A stretch of DNA of 64,000 nt, taken from positions 24,650 to 88,649 of the IMG/VR virus record IMGVR_UViG_3300028025_000093, one strand, 5' to 3'. Below, one piece after another: positions 16,108-24,822 of the stretch. A program made the position numbers and the translations under genes. How positions within the stretch are numbered: position 1 is the first letter of the stretch; each line of letters starts with the position of its first letter. Below the pieces are notes generated by a model. The model saw nothing but the letters and a program-made list of their open reading frames with translations. It ran no database searches and was not told the origin of the DNA. The stretch is from a virus. Its lineage: Duplodnaviria > Heunggongvirae > Uroviricota > Caudoviricetes.

Positions 16108-16985
16108 TGAAAATCGCACTATGTTCTGACGTCCATCTTGAGTTTGGAATGACAGATAAAATTAAAAACCCAGGAGGAGTAGATGTTCTCATTCTTAGTG
16201 GTGACATTCTTGTTGTTCGCGATCTTATGGATTATGATCCATATGGGATTGTGGACTTTGGCAAGTCTACTCGTTATCATGAGTTTTTTGCTGATTGCGT
16301 TCGTGAGTTTCCTCATGTTGTATATGTTGCTGGTAATCATGAGCACTATCATGGTGATTTTAAGTACACTATTTCTGATCTAAAGAAACGTCTTGCGTAT
16401 CTTAAAAATGTTCACGTCTTGGATAAAGAAACCTTTGAACTAGATGATGTGATGTTTGTTGGTGGAACTCTATGGACTGATATGAACAAAGAAGATCCAA
16501 TGACTCTTCATGCCATCTCTCGTATGATGAACGACTTCCGCTGCGTGGAAAATAGTAATCGAGTTGTCAACTACAAAACCTTTGATGACAACGAGAATCC
16601 TGATAAGCCAACTTTCCGTACTCGCCCTGCAAGATTCTGTCCCGAGGATGCCGTTGAAGACCACAAGAAAATGTTGGACTATATCCGCATCGTTTATGAG
16701 GATATGCCACCTTGGAAGCAAATGGTAGTTGTTGGGCATCATACTCCATCACACTTCTCTTGCCATCCCAAGTATAAAGATGATCAATTGATGAATGGTG
16801 GGTATCATAGCGATCTATCTGAGTTTATCCTTGATCGTCCAGGAATTAAACTTTGGACTCATGGTCATACTCATGAGGTGTTTGATTACACCATTGGTGA
16901 TACTCGTGTTGTTTGCAATCCACGTGGTTATATCGGATATGAAACACTTGCGGATAACTTTGAATTGAAAGTAATTGAACTATGA
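16107..16985 (+). CDS. Calcineurin-like metallophosphoesterase
   Basis: SDVHLE, LSGDI, AGNHEHY, GHH, WTHGHTH. Confidence 0.9.
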   Translation: MKIALCSDVHLEFGMTDKIKNPGGVDVLILSGDILVVRDLMDYDPYGIVDFGKSTRYHEFFADCVREFPHVVYVAGNHEHYHGDFKYTISDLKKRLAYLKNVHVLDKETFELDDVMFVGGTLWTDMNKEDPMTLHAISRMMNDFRCVENSNRVVNYKTFDDNENPDKPTFRTRPARFCPEDAVEDHKKMLDYIRIVYEDMPPWKQMVVVGHHTPSHFSCHPKYKDDQLMNGGYHSDLSEFILDRPGIKLWTHGHTHEVFDYTIGDTRVVCNPRGYIGYETLADNFELKVIEL

Positions 16986-17179
16986 GTAAAACAAATTGGG
17001 TAATTGAAGTACAAGAGGATCCCGAAACTGGAGATAAGATTCTGGAATTCCCAGACGATCTTATGAGTAGTGCAGGATGGAAAGAGGGAGATGTCCTTGA
17101 GTGGATTGATAATAAAGATGGTAGTTGGTTACTAAGGAAAAAAGATGATAACACAGAACAAGATGCAACAAGCAGTTGA
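16982..17179 (+). CDS. AbrB/MazE-like DNA-binding protein
   Basis: ILEFPDDLM...GWKEGDVLEW. Confidence 0.7.
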   Translation: MSKTNWVIEVQEDPETGDKILEFPDDLMSSAGWKEGDVLEWIDNKDGSWLLRKKDDNTEQDATSS

Positions 17180-17324
17180 GGACATTCAAAACAAAATCTG
17201 TCCGAACGAGATGGAAGAAGCAGTGGTATTTTTGTTCACGGAAATCACTAAACTGAAACACGAGAATGAAAATCTAAAAGAAACTATTAAACAATTGAAC
17301 TGGTCACTACAGGAGCACGACTAA
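17145..17324 (+). CDS. Small coiled-coil protein, 59 aa
   Basis: AAGGA SD; TAATG junction with next gene. Confidence 0.6.
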   Translation: MITQNKMQQAVEDIQNKICPNEMEEAVVFLFTEITKLKHENENLKETIKQLNWSLQEHD

Positions 17325-17617
17325 TGCCAAAATTTACTTTTATTTGCGAAGATGATCCAATGCCTTTTAGCGAAAGCATTGTGACAAAACGAACTGTTGA
17401 GTTTGATGCCGTACACATCAATGATGTTGTATCAGAATTTGAATTATTTCTACGTGGTGCTGGATTTAATCCTCACGGCACGTTGGATTTTATTCCAGAT
17501 GATGAATATTACGGTGAAGGTCCAGAGTGGAACACTGAAGAGTTCTATACCCCACAACCAGAAGATGTTCCTTCAACAAAATCTTCATACTATTTTGATA
17601 CGGAGCGAAACAAATGA
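17324..17617 (+). CDS. Hypothetical protein
   Basis: AGGAG SD. Confidence 0.7.
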   Translation: MPKFTFICEDDPMPFSESIVTKRTVEFDAVHINDVVSEFELFLRGAGFNPHGTLDFIPDDEYYGEGPEWNTEEFYTPQPEDVPSTKSSYYFDTERNK

Positions 17618-17988
17618 GCAAAGTTTTCACTGATGTTGCAGTTTTCCTGAAGGCATGTGGTCAAGATTATCCAGTTACGCCAAGTCCACAGAATGAATTG
17701 TCAAAATTGTACTTAAAACTCATCCACGAAGAGTATAATGAGTTCAAAGAAGCACTGGTAGATGACGATGATGCTGAACAACTTGATGCTTGCTTTGATA
17801 TGATGTGGGTTATCATTGGATATATGAAATCTCGTGGTTGGGATTGTGAAAATTCGTGGGATGAAGGTGCCATGAGCAATCTTGCAAAGATTGATGATGC
17901 CACTGGCAAGGTAATTCGTCGTGAAGACGGTAAAATCCTCAAACCAGAGGGTTGGAAGCCACCTAATTTTGCTAAATTCGTGAAATGA
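17614..17988 (+). CDS. MazG-like / PRA-PH NTP pyrophosphohydrolase
   Basis: LIHEEYNEF, DACFD, SNLAK, REDGKILKP. Confidence 0.85.
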   Translation: MSKVFTDVAVFLKACGQDYPVTPSPQNELSKLYLKLIHEEYNEFKEALVDDDDAEQLDACFDMMWVIIGYMKSRGWDCENSWDEGAMSNLAKIDDATGKVIRREDGKILKPEGWKPPNFAKFVK

Positions 17989-17989
17989 C

Positions 17990-18018
17990 TTGACCTTAAT
18001 TCAATTTTGGGGTATAAT
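17990..18018 (+). promoter_or_regulatory. sigma70-type early promoter, leaderless
   Basis: TTGACC-N17-TATAAT, ATG at 18025. Confidence 0.8.
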
Positions 18019-18024
18019 TATATT

Positions 18025-18531
18025 ATGATTACACTATACTTAGACATGGATGGCGTGCTTTGCAACTTTGACAAGGCATATCGGGTATATGACCCACAAA
18101 AAGAAGACCGAAAGAAATTTCGATCCGCTGTTTTAGAATATTGCATCTTTGAAGACCTTGAATTTATGCCTGATACTCAAGAACTGCTTAATTATGTGAG
18201 CAAACTTGATGACATTACCATTCAAATTCTTACTTCAATGGGTACTTTCGATGCTCAGCAAGGTATGGCAGCGAAAATTCAAAAACAAAAGTGGTTAGAC
18301 AAGTGGAATATTCCTTACAAAGCAAATTTTGTGCGTTGCAAGGAAGAAAAGGCTCAATACGCAACTGAAAATACTATTTTGGTAGATGATTCAATTGGTT
18401 GCATCACTCCATTTAATGCTAAAGGTGGTCACGGTATACTTCATACTCGATCTTCTGACTCAATACAACAAATTCACAATGTGATTCGTGGAATTAAAGG
18501 GTTGAATGCCCTACGAGGTGCTTATGCTTGA
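18025..18531 (+). CDS. HAD-family 5'(3')-deoxyribonucleotidase-like protein
   Basis: YLDMDGVL, ILTS, EKAQYA, ILVDD. Confidence 0.85.
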   Translation: MITLYLDMDGVLCNFDKAYRVYDPQKEDRKKFRSAVLEYCIFEDLEFMPDTQELLNYVSKLDDITIQILTSMGTFDAQQGMAAKIQKQKWLDKWNIPYKANFVRCKEEKAQYATENTILVDDSIGCITPFNAKGGHGILHTRSSDSIQQIHNVIRGIKGLNALRGAYA

Positions 18532-18808
18532 TATTTTTGAACCAACTTTAAGATGGATACGTGATGACTGGAATAGTAATAAGTTTCGCTTTATTATTGA
18601 GTTGCTGGCTTGGGCTATTAGTATTGGTTGTGCGATCGCCATGGCACTCACTGTTCCAACTCCACCATTACTTATTCTGTATCCTGTCTGGATTACTGGT
18701 TGTGCTATGTATGCTTGGGCTGCTTATACTAGGAAATCGGTTGGGATGCTTGCTAACTACCTATTGCTTGTAACTATTGATATTATTGGTTTGGTTCGAA
18801 TGCTATGA
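18524..18808 (+). CDS. Membrane protein
   Basis: GAGG SD; three hydrophobic helices. Confidence 0.7.
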   Translation: MLDIFEPTLRWIRDDWNSNKFRFIIELLAWAISIGCAIAMALTVPTPPLLILYPVWITGCAMYAWAAYTRKSVGMLANYLLLVTIDIIGLVRML

Positions 18809-19416
18809 ATATATTTTATCTTCACGAAGATACTAAAGAATGCGCAAAGCAACATCTTGATAAGCATGTTGTTAAGATGATTCTAGAATACGCACAACTT
18901 TTATCTACTGCTCATCGTCTTCTTGATGGATATGAGTATGTAGGAAAGTCTATTTCTGGTCGCAAAGCCATGCGATGGAAATTAGATGATGCTCGTGAAG
19001 ATAATTTGTATATGGCTTCACATATGAACCATCCATCTGGTATCTGGTGTCGTCAGTCATTAGATAATTATTGGTGGCTGTATAATCTTTGGCGAGATCT
19101 AATGAAAGAGTATACATTTCGTTATGGAAACCATCATGTTGCTGAAAGATTAATTCCATTTCTTTCCAATCCACCAACAAATATTCCAGTTGATATTGCT
19201 AAACCAATGCCTCAGTGTATGCCTGAACCATATAAAGTTCCTGGAGATTCCATTCGAGCATATCACAATTATTATATCGGAGATAAACAAAGATTTGCTG
19301 TTTGGACGAATCGTGAAATTCCAGAATGGTATGTAAAAGCGTACCTAGAACAAAATTATAAACCTGTTTACGTCGCAGAGCAAAATAAAGTTCGATTCAA
19401 GATGATTCCAGCATAA
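18805..19416 (+). CDS. Pyrimidine-dimer DNA glycosylase-like protein (DenV-related)
   Basis: MNIFYL, DKHVVKMILEYAQLLSTAH, HMNHPS, EYTFRYG. Confidence 0.75.
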   Translation: MNIFYLHEDTKECAKQHLDKHVVKMILEYAQLLSTAHRLLDGYEYVGKSISGRKAMRWKLDDAREDNLYMASHMNHPSGIWCRQSLDNYWWLYNLWRDLMKEYTFRYGNHHVAERLIPFLSNPPTNIPVDIAKPMPQCMPEPYKVPGDSIRAYHNYYIGDKQRFAVWTNREIPEWYVKAYLEQNYKPVYVAEQNKVRFKMIPA

Positions 19417-19437
19417 ATACTAATGTAAGGAGTTATA

Positions 19438-19680
19438 ATGCCAACATACGAATTTAGAAACAAAGAAACAGGTGATGTGACTGAACATATTATGCGCATT
19501 TCTGAAAGGGATCAATTCATTTTAGACAATCCACATTTAGAACAAACTATTACCATAGCTCCAGCTTTTGCAGGAGATCACATTAATCTCAAACGAGACA
19601 CAGGCTTTAAAGAAGTATTGCAAAAAATCAATGAGCGTAATCCGCACAATGATTTAAGTAAAACTTCTTCACAATTATAA
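19438..19680 (+). CDS. FmdB-like regulatory protein
   Basis: MPTYEF.NKETG, NPHLEQ; CATAAATA late box at 19412. Confidence 0.65.
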   Translation: MPTYEFRNKETGDVTEHIMRISERDQFILDNPHLEQTITIAPAFAGDHINLKRDTGFKEVLQKINERNPHNDLSKTSSQL

Positions 19681-19691
19681 TAAAGGTAACC

Positions 19692-20462
19692 ATGGCTCGA
19701 GTACCAGCAAAATCCAGACAACCAGATAATGTTCAAAGTGAAACTACCCCAAGAAAATCAGCAGCAACAGGATCCCATCTTAAATTACGTTTAGATGATT
19801 TAAAAACTTTTGATCCACTGACAGACAATCAAAGAATATTCTTTGAAGCGTATAAACGTGGTGACTACTTTGTAGCATTGCACGGAGTGGCAGGTACTGG
19901 TAAAACATTTATTGCTCTATATAAAGCAATTGAAGAAGTGATGGATAAATCAAATCCATTCAATAAAATTATTGTGGTACGTTCAGCAGTACAATCTCGC
20001 GAGATTGGTCATCTTCCAGGTGACGTGAACGAAAAGATGGAAATCTTCCAACAACCTTATCGTCAAATTTGCGAAACTCTTTTTGGTCGCAAAGATGCGT
20101 GGGATCGTTTAGAAGAACAGCATCATATTGAGTTTATTTCTACATCATTCATTCGTGGTATGTCATTCGATGACGCAATTATTATTGTTGATGAGATGCA
20201 GAACTTAACCTTTGAAGAGATTGACACAGTTATGACTCGTGTTGGTTATCGTTCAAAGATTATCTGGTGTGGCGATTATCGTCAGACCGACTTGAATAAA
20301 AAGAAAAACGACATGTCTGGAATCTTGAAATTCTTTGACATTGCTATGCATATGAGTTCATTCACTAAGGTTGAATTCACTCCCGACGATATTGTTCGTT
20401 CTTCTCTTGTTAAAGAATATATTTTAGCCAAACTTAAAATAGAAGATCAGGAAACAAAATGA
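19692..20462 (+). CDS. phoH: PhoH-like ATPase
   Basis: GVAGTGKT, IGHLPG, FIRGMSF, IIVDEMQN, GDYRQTD. Confidence 0.95.
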   Translation: MARVPAKSRQPDNVQSETTPRKSAATGSHLKLRLDDLKTFDPLTDNQRIFFEAYKRGDYFVALHGVAGTGKTFIALYKAIEEVMDKSNPFNKIIVVRSAVQSREIGHLPGDVNEKMEIFQQPYRQICETLFGRKDAWDRLEEQHHIEFISTSFIRGMSFDDAIIIVDEMQNLTFEEIDTVMTRVGYRSKIIWCGDYRQTDLNKKKNDMSGILKFFDIAMHMSSFTKVEFTPDDIVRSSLVKEYILAKLKIEDQETK

Positions 20463-21079
20463 TTACAGCAGAACAATTTAAAAAGTTATTCCCAAGAGCA
20501 CAAGACCATCAGGGATGGGCTGACTCTATGAATGCAGTTTTCCCAACATATGACATTAATACTCCACATCGTGTTGCAGCATTCCTTGCTCAATGTGGTC
20601 ATGAGTCTGGTGGTTGGACTACCTTTGAAGAAAACCTAAACTACTCTGCAAAGGGTTTAAATGGTATCTTTAAAAAGTATTTCCCTACACTTGAATCAGC
20701 TCAACCATATGAACGCAAACCAGAAATGATTGCCAATAAGGTTTATGGTGGTCGTATGGGTAATGGTCCAGAATCATCTGGCGATGGTTGGAAGTATCGT
20801 GGACGTGGTCCAATTCAACTTACTGGTAAATCAAACTATATGGCATTTGCCAAAGAAATGTTTGATGACTGGGAAAATCTATTCAACAATCCAGATTGGG
20901 TTACTGCAGATCGTGACTTTGCTCTTATGTCTGCAATTTGGTTCTGGAATAAAAATGGTTTGAATCGTTACGCAGATCAGGGCGATATTAAAACTATGAC
21001 TCGTATTATCAATGGTGGTTACATTGGTCTTGAAGATCGTATTCACCACTACGAGGAAGCAATTCACTTACTTACATAA
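20459..21079 (+). CDS. GH19 chitinase-like endolysin
   Basis: AFLAQCGHES, EENLNYS, YRGRGPIQLTG, TRIINGG. Confidence 0.92.
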   Translation: MITAEQFKKLFPRAQDHQGWADSMNAVFPTYDINTPHRVAAFLAQCGHESGGWTTFEENLNYSAKGLNGIFKKYFPTLESAQPYERKPEMIANKVYGGRMGNGPESSGDGWKYRGRGPIQLTGKSNYMAFAKEMFDDWENLFNNPDWVTADRDFALMSAIWFWNKNGLNRYADQGDIKTMTRIINGGYIGLEDRIHHYEEAIHLLT

Positions 21080-21732
21080 TGAAAACATTTATACATCATG
21101 ATCTACCCAAACTTGTACGTGACACCAAACCCAATGGTACCAGAGTCTACAAGACACCATCGGGTTCAGCCTATCCAAGCGTCACCACAGTTACAGGCTT
21201 ACACTCAGCAAAAGGAATCGCAGAGTGGCGGAAGCGAGTTGGCGAAGCAGAAGCCAACCGCATCTCCGCAAAAGCCAGTTCAAGGGGAACACGGATTCAC
21301 CAGTACTGTGAAGACTACCTACGAGGAAACATATTCGAAGCAGATATGTTTGACCTCCAAATGTTTAACTCAATCAAACCCTTGCTCGACCAAGTTGACA
21401 ACATTCACTGTTTGGAAGATGCGTTATATTCTGACCACTTACAAGTCGCTGGAACAGTGGACTGCATCGCAGAGTTCCAAGGTAAACTTAGTGTCATAGA
21501 TTTTAAAACATCTAGCAAGCCAAAAGATCGTGATGATATTCACAATTACTTTATGCAGACTGCAGCTTATGCTGTTGCATTTGAAGAACTGACAGGTATC
21601 CCTATTGGCAGACTTGTAATCATTATGGCAGTAGACAATGATGATCCTCGTTGGTTTATTGAAAAGCGAGACAATTGGATTGGTGGATTTAAAAAGCTAA
21701 GATTGGATTACAAAAATAAATTTGCTTTATAA
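21079..21732 (+). CDS. PD-(D/E)XK exonuclease (Cas4-like)
   Basis: YPSVTT, GTRIH, AGTVDC, VIDFKTS, QTAAYA. Confidence 0.9.
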   Translation: MKTFIHHDLPKLVRDTKPNGTRVYKTPSGSAYPSVTTVTGLHSAKGIAEWRKRVGEAEANRISAKASSRGTRIHQYCEDYLRGNIFEADMFDLQMFNSIKPLLDQVDNIHCLEDALYSDHLQVAGTVDCIAEFQGKLSVIDFKTSSKPKDRDDIHNYFMQTAAYAVAFEELTGIPIGRLVIIMAVDNDDPRWFIEKRDNWIGGFKKLRLDYKNKFAL

Positions 21733-21750
21733 ACATATATAAAGTATAAT
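21722..21750 (+). promoter_or_regulatory. sigma70-type promoter of tmRNA
   Basis: TTGCTT-N17-TATAAT. Confidence 0.7.
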
Positions 21751-21756
21751 TAAGGT

Positions 21757-22074
21757 TATTGCTGTATGAAGCAAAGAGAAAAGTGTTCTGGACGAGGGTT
21801 CGATTCCCTCCACCTCCACCAAAAGTATATTGACAAACCAGATTAAGTTCAGGTAGCAAACACGAAAGTGGCAATATACTTCTGATGGGGGTGACTAGGT
21901 TTCGACAGGGCAACAAGTAAACAAGTGGACAGCACGGGAATGTGAAACCCGTAGGATTGGGGAAACTCGGTCGAAGAAGCAAAAAACGTAAATGCAAACG
22001 ACGCACAGTTCGCTTTAGCAGCCTAAACACTGCTTAGGGTTTCGATAGGTTTCCTCGTAACAGAATAACCTATC
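21757..22074 (+). ncRNA. ssrA: Circularly permuted (two-piece) tmRNA; tag ANDAQFALAA at 21994-22026
   Basis: T-arm GAGGGTTCGATTCCCTC and CACCTCC-A-CCA ending 21821 lie BEFORE the 5' GGGGGTG strand at 21887 (G3:U70); resume context TAAAT-GCA; tag ends ALAA-TAA. Confidence 0.92.
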
Positions 22075-22091
22075 ACTAATTTAAGGATATT

Positions 22092-22370
22092 ATGCAAATT
22101 ACACCATTGAAAAATAAAGTTCTTGTTGCTGAAAACAAGACAGAACATAAAAGTGAATCAGGTATTATTTTGGATGGAGTGAATTCAGTTGCCGTGTCAA
22201 AGACAGCTACTGTGTTGGCTATTGGTCCAGATGTAGTTGATGTTGTAGTTGGAGATGTTGTTTATCTAGAATGGCCAAAGGGTCAGATTGTTAAGATAGG
22301 TGATGCTCAACGTGTTATCATTGAAGATAAATATATTGTAGCAGTTTTAGAAAAGGATACTACTAAATGA
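22092..22370 (+). CDS. groES: GroES-like co-chaperonin
   Basis: ITPLKNKVLV, SESGIIL, VLAIGP, VGDVV. Confidence 0.85.
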   Translation: MQITPLKNKVLVAENKTEHKSESGIILDGVNSVAVSKTATVLAIGPDVVDVVVGDVVYLEWPKGQIVKIGDAQRVIIEDKYIVAVLEKDTTK

Positions 22371-22573
22371 AGAAATTTTTAATTGCACTAAACTTAGTCA
22401 TCTGGTCATTCGTTGGATTTCAAGTTAGTTCATATGCAGCTGAACCAGCAAAGAAAGATGTTCCAGCAGTACAGAATGATAATTGCGTGAAGAAAGACAA
22501 GAATGGTAAGTGTCCTGCACTACCAAATTCACCAAAGCCTACTCCTAAGAAAAAAGTAGAAGATAAGAAGTAA
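22367..22573 (+). CDS. Small exported protein
   Basis: MKK + hydrophobic signal ending YAA; Cys pair. Confidence 0.65.
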   Translation: MKKFLIALNLVIWSFVGFQVSSYAAEPAKKDVPAVQNDNCVKKDKNGKCPALPNSPKPTPKKKVEDKK

Positions 22574-22650
22574 GCTAAATAGTATACACGAGGGTTGAGA
22601 GAACCCTTTAAAACTCTCATTTTACACACAACACAGAAAGGTATTACAAT

Positions 22651-22923
22651 ATGAGTAACATGACTCCGTTCGAGATTCGCCTAGAACTTTTAAAAATGGC
22701 GAAAGACATGCTTAACGATGAGTACTACGGTAAGCGTGAACAAATTAGCAACGACTGGCATGTAAAGGTCGATTCTGCTAAACTCAATGGTGGAGTGATT
22801 CCTGAACATCCAGGATTCCCTTCTTATCCATCCGAAGCCGATATCATTGCAAAGGCAACTGCCCTAAATGGTTTTGTTTCAAACATCCCTCTAGATACAA
22901 AGACTAGCAAAAAGTCCACCTGA
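22651..22923 (+). CDS. Conserved T4-like hypothetical protein
   Basis: TPFEIRLELLKMAKDML; CTAAATA box at 22575. Confidence 0.75.
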   Translation: MSNMTPFEIRLELLKMAKDMLNDEYYGKREQISNDWHVKVDSAKLNGGVIPEHPGFPSYPSEADIIAKATALNGFVSNIPLDTKTSKKST

Positions 22924-22931
22924 TAAGGGGT

Positions 22932-22951
22932 TGGGGTGCATTCGTGCACCC
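22932..22951 (+). other. UUCG-capped GC-rich hairpin
   Basis: GGGGTGCA-TTCG-TGCACCCC; weak U tract, so terminator or stabiliser. Confidence 0.65.
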
Positions 22952-22974
22952 CTCTTACTAACAAGGAGATAACT

Positions 22975-23478
22975 ATGCGAGTATATACAAAAATACTCTT
23001 ATCGATTGCGTTAATTATATCAATTACTGCGATTGCTGTAAAGCAAAATAATGATGGTGATTTAAAAATCGCTTATACAGAACTAACTAAAGACGCTAAG
23101 AAACAAATTGATTGTCTTGCTGAAAACATTTATTATGAAGCAGGATGGGAACCACCTAGTGGTCAACTTGCAGTTGCTCTGGTTACTTTAAACCGAGTCA
23201 ACGATCCAAGATTTCCCAAAGACATTTGTAATGTTGTAAAACAAAAGACACAAGGTATGTGTCAGTTCTCTTGGTTTTGTGAACCACTTAAACCAAAGAA
23301 CCAATATGTTTACCGTAAGAATTTAGAAGTAGCGTTATACGCATACGCTAATTATGAACGTATACAGGACTTGACTCAAGGTGCTATATACTATCACGCT
23401 GATTACGTGAACCCTCGTTGGAAGTTGGAAAAGACTACTACAATTGGTAGACATATATTTTATAAGGATTACAAATAA
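22975..23478 (+). CDS. SleB/Hydrolase_2 cell-wall hydrolase
   Basis: CLAENIYYEA, AVALVTLNRV, CQFSW, YYHADYVNP.W, IGRHIFY; N-terminal anchor. Confidence 0.9.
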   Translation: MRVYTKILLSIALIISITAIAVKQNNDGDLKIAYTELTKDAKKQIDCLAENIYYEAGWEPPSGQLAVALVTLNRVNDPRFPKDICNVVKQKTQGMCQFSWFCEPLKPKNQYVYRKNLEVALYAYANYERIQDLTQGAIYYHADYVNPRWKLEKTTTIGRHIFYKDYK

Positions 23479-24035
23479 TGATGCAAAAACTGAATCTGCA
23501 GCTAAAGGATGAGCAATCTGCACATTCATTCTTTTTATTGATGGAAGATATTTCATTATCTACCTGCAAACAAGCCATCGAATGGATCCTAGAAGCAAAC
23601 TTTTCCGAAGAACGACCAGACATGTTAAATCTGTTGGTGTGTTCTCCAGGTGGTGATTTAAATGCTGCGTTTGCGTTAGTTGACACCATGCGTGGTTCAG
23701 CTATTCCAGTTCGCACAATCGGCTTGGGTCAAATTGCATCGGCAGGATTGTTAATTTTTATCAGTGGCGAAAAGGGTCAACGTATCCTTACCCCAAATAC
23801 TTCAATTCTATCACATCAATATTCTTGGGGTGCGTTTGGTAAAGAGCATGAGTTGTTTGCCACTATTAAAGAGTTTGACTTAACCACAAAGCGTATGATT
23901 GCTCACTATAAAAAATGCAGTGGTCTTACAGAACAAAAAATTCGTGAAGTGCTACTTCCACCACAAGACGTTTGGTTGTCTGCCATGGAAGCTAAAAAAT
24001 TAGGATTATGCGACGATGTTAAAGATCTTAAGTAA
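23478..24035 (+). CDS. clpP: ClpP-like serine protease
   Basis: SPGGD, IASAG (Ser), SHQ (His), WLSAMEAKKLGL.D. Confidence 0.88.
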   Translation: MMQKLNLQLKDEQSAHSFFLLMEDISLSTCKQAIEWILEANFSEERPDMLNLLVCSPGGDLNAAFALVDTMRGSAIPVRTIGLGQIASAGLLIFISGEKGQRILTPNTSILSHQYSWGAFGKEHELFATIKEFDLTTKRMIAHYKKCSGLTEQKIREVLLPPQDVWLSAMEAKKLGLCDDVKDLK

Positions 24036-24204
24036 TTATATTCGTTACTCTGGTATTTGGGTTACCTTTGGATTAAACCCACTTCACTGGAGTTTTAAAT
24101 TTGAATTCATGCATCCTGACGAGTTAAATCCAAAGATGCGTGGAATCTACTTTGTACTGGCATTTGTGTCAGTACGTATTGTTATTGATGATGGTTCTTG
24201 GTAA
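24016..24204 (+). CDS. Hypothetical protein
   Basis: ORF track. Confidence 0.6.
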   Translation: MLKILSNYIRYSGIWVTFGLNPLHWSFKFEFMHPDELNPKMRGIYFVLAFVSVRIVIDDGSW

Positions 24205-24214
24205 GGAGAATAGT

Positions 24215-24454
24215 ATGGAACGTAAAGATATTATTGCATTTATTTTTGGCGCAGTTTTAGTTGCCATGACTGCTATTATTTGTATGACATATTACAGTCT
24301 GCAAAGAGATTCAGCAATGAAGTCAAATATTGAATCAGCAATTGTAAAGGGAATTGACCCTATTGCAGTTCGTTGTGCTTATGGATCAAGCGATACTCTA
24401 TGCATCGTTTACGCATCTACCCACAACAAAGAGATTCCCAACTCTAAGAAGTAA
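24215..24454 (+). CDS. Membrane-anchored hypothetical protein
   Basis: AAGGAG SD; one TM; GIDPIAVRCAY. Confidence 0.7.
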   Translation: MERKDIIAFIFGAVLVAMTAIICMTYYSLQRDSAMKSNIESAIVKGIDPIAVRCAYGSSDTLCIVYASTHNKEIPNSKK

Positions 24455-24518
24455 TCCCAATAACCCTCAGTTCTTGAGGGTTATTTTCCCCTTTAAAATC
24501 AATGACTTACGTGAGGGG

Positions 24519-24547
24519 TTTACTTTAATTCAATTTCAGCGTATAAT
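24519..24547 (+). promoter_or_regulatory. sigma70-type early promoter
   Basis: TTTACT-N17-TATAAT; preceded by hairpin 24459-24484 and ATCAATGACTTAC. Confidence 0.8.
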
Positions 24548-24576
24548 TATATTATGATGATTGAAAAGGAGTTGTT

Positions 24577-24786
24577 ATGAAATATCGTGTTATTGTGAAT
24601 GGTGTATCTTTTTATACCACTGGTGCTGCAATTAAACGTGGCGTTGGCGATTCTGTTAGCGTCAATACTGTAGTTCGCCAGCTGTTTGAAAACTTGTTTA
24701 ACGCAGTTGGCATTGCTTCAACAATGACAGTGTATGATAACAAGATGAACCGAGTTAAGTACGACGTTCAAATATCCAAAGTTTAA
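24577..24786 (+). CDS. Hypothetical protein
   Basis: AGGAG SD. Confidence 0.7.
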   Translation: MKYRVIVNGVSFYTTGAAIKRGVGDSVSVNTVVRQLFENLFNAVGIASTMTVYDNKMNRVKYDVQISKV

Positions 24787-24787
24787 C

Positions 24788-24816
24788 TTTACTTTAATTC
24801 AGTAATCAGGTATAAT
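24788..24816 (+). promoter_or_regulatory. sigma70-type early promoter, leaderless
   Basis: TTTACT-N17-TATAAT, ATG at 24823. Confidence 0.8.
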
Positions 24817-24822
24817 TATATT

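Noticed and set aside
21079-21732. Cas4 as part of a CRISPR system
   Set aside because: Lacks the Fe-S Cys residues and any array; ordinary T4-like PD-(D/E)XK exonuclease.
21860-21990. Additional tRNA-Ala at GGGGGTG
   Set aside because: No anticodon arm; it is the 5' half of the permuted tmRNA.
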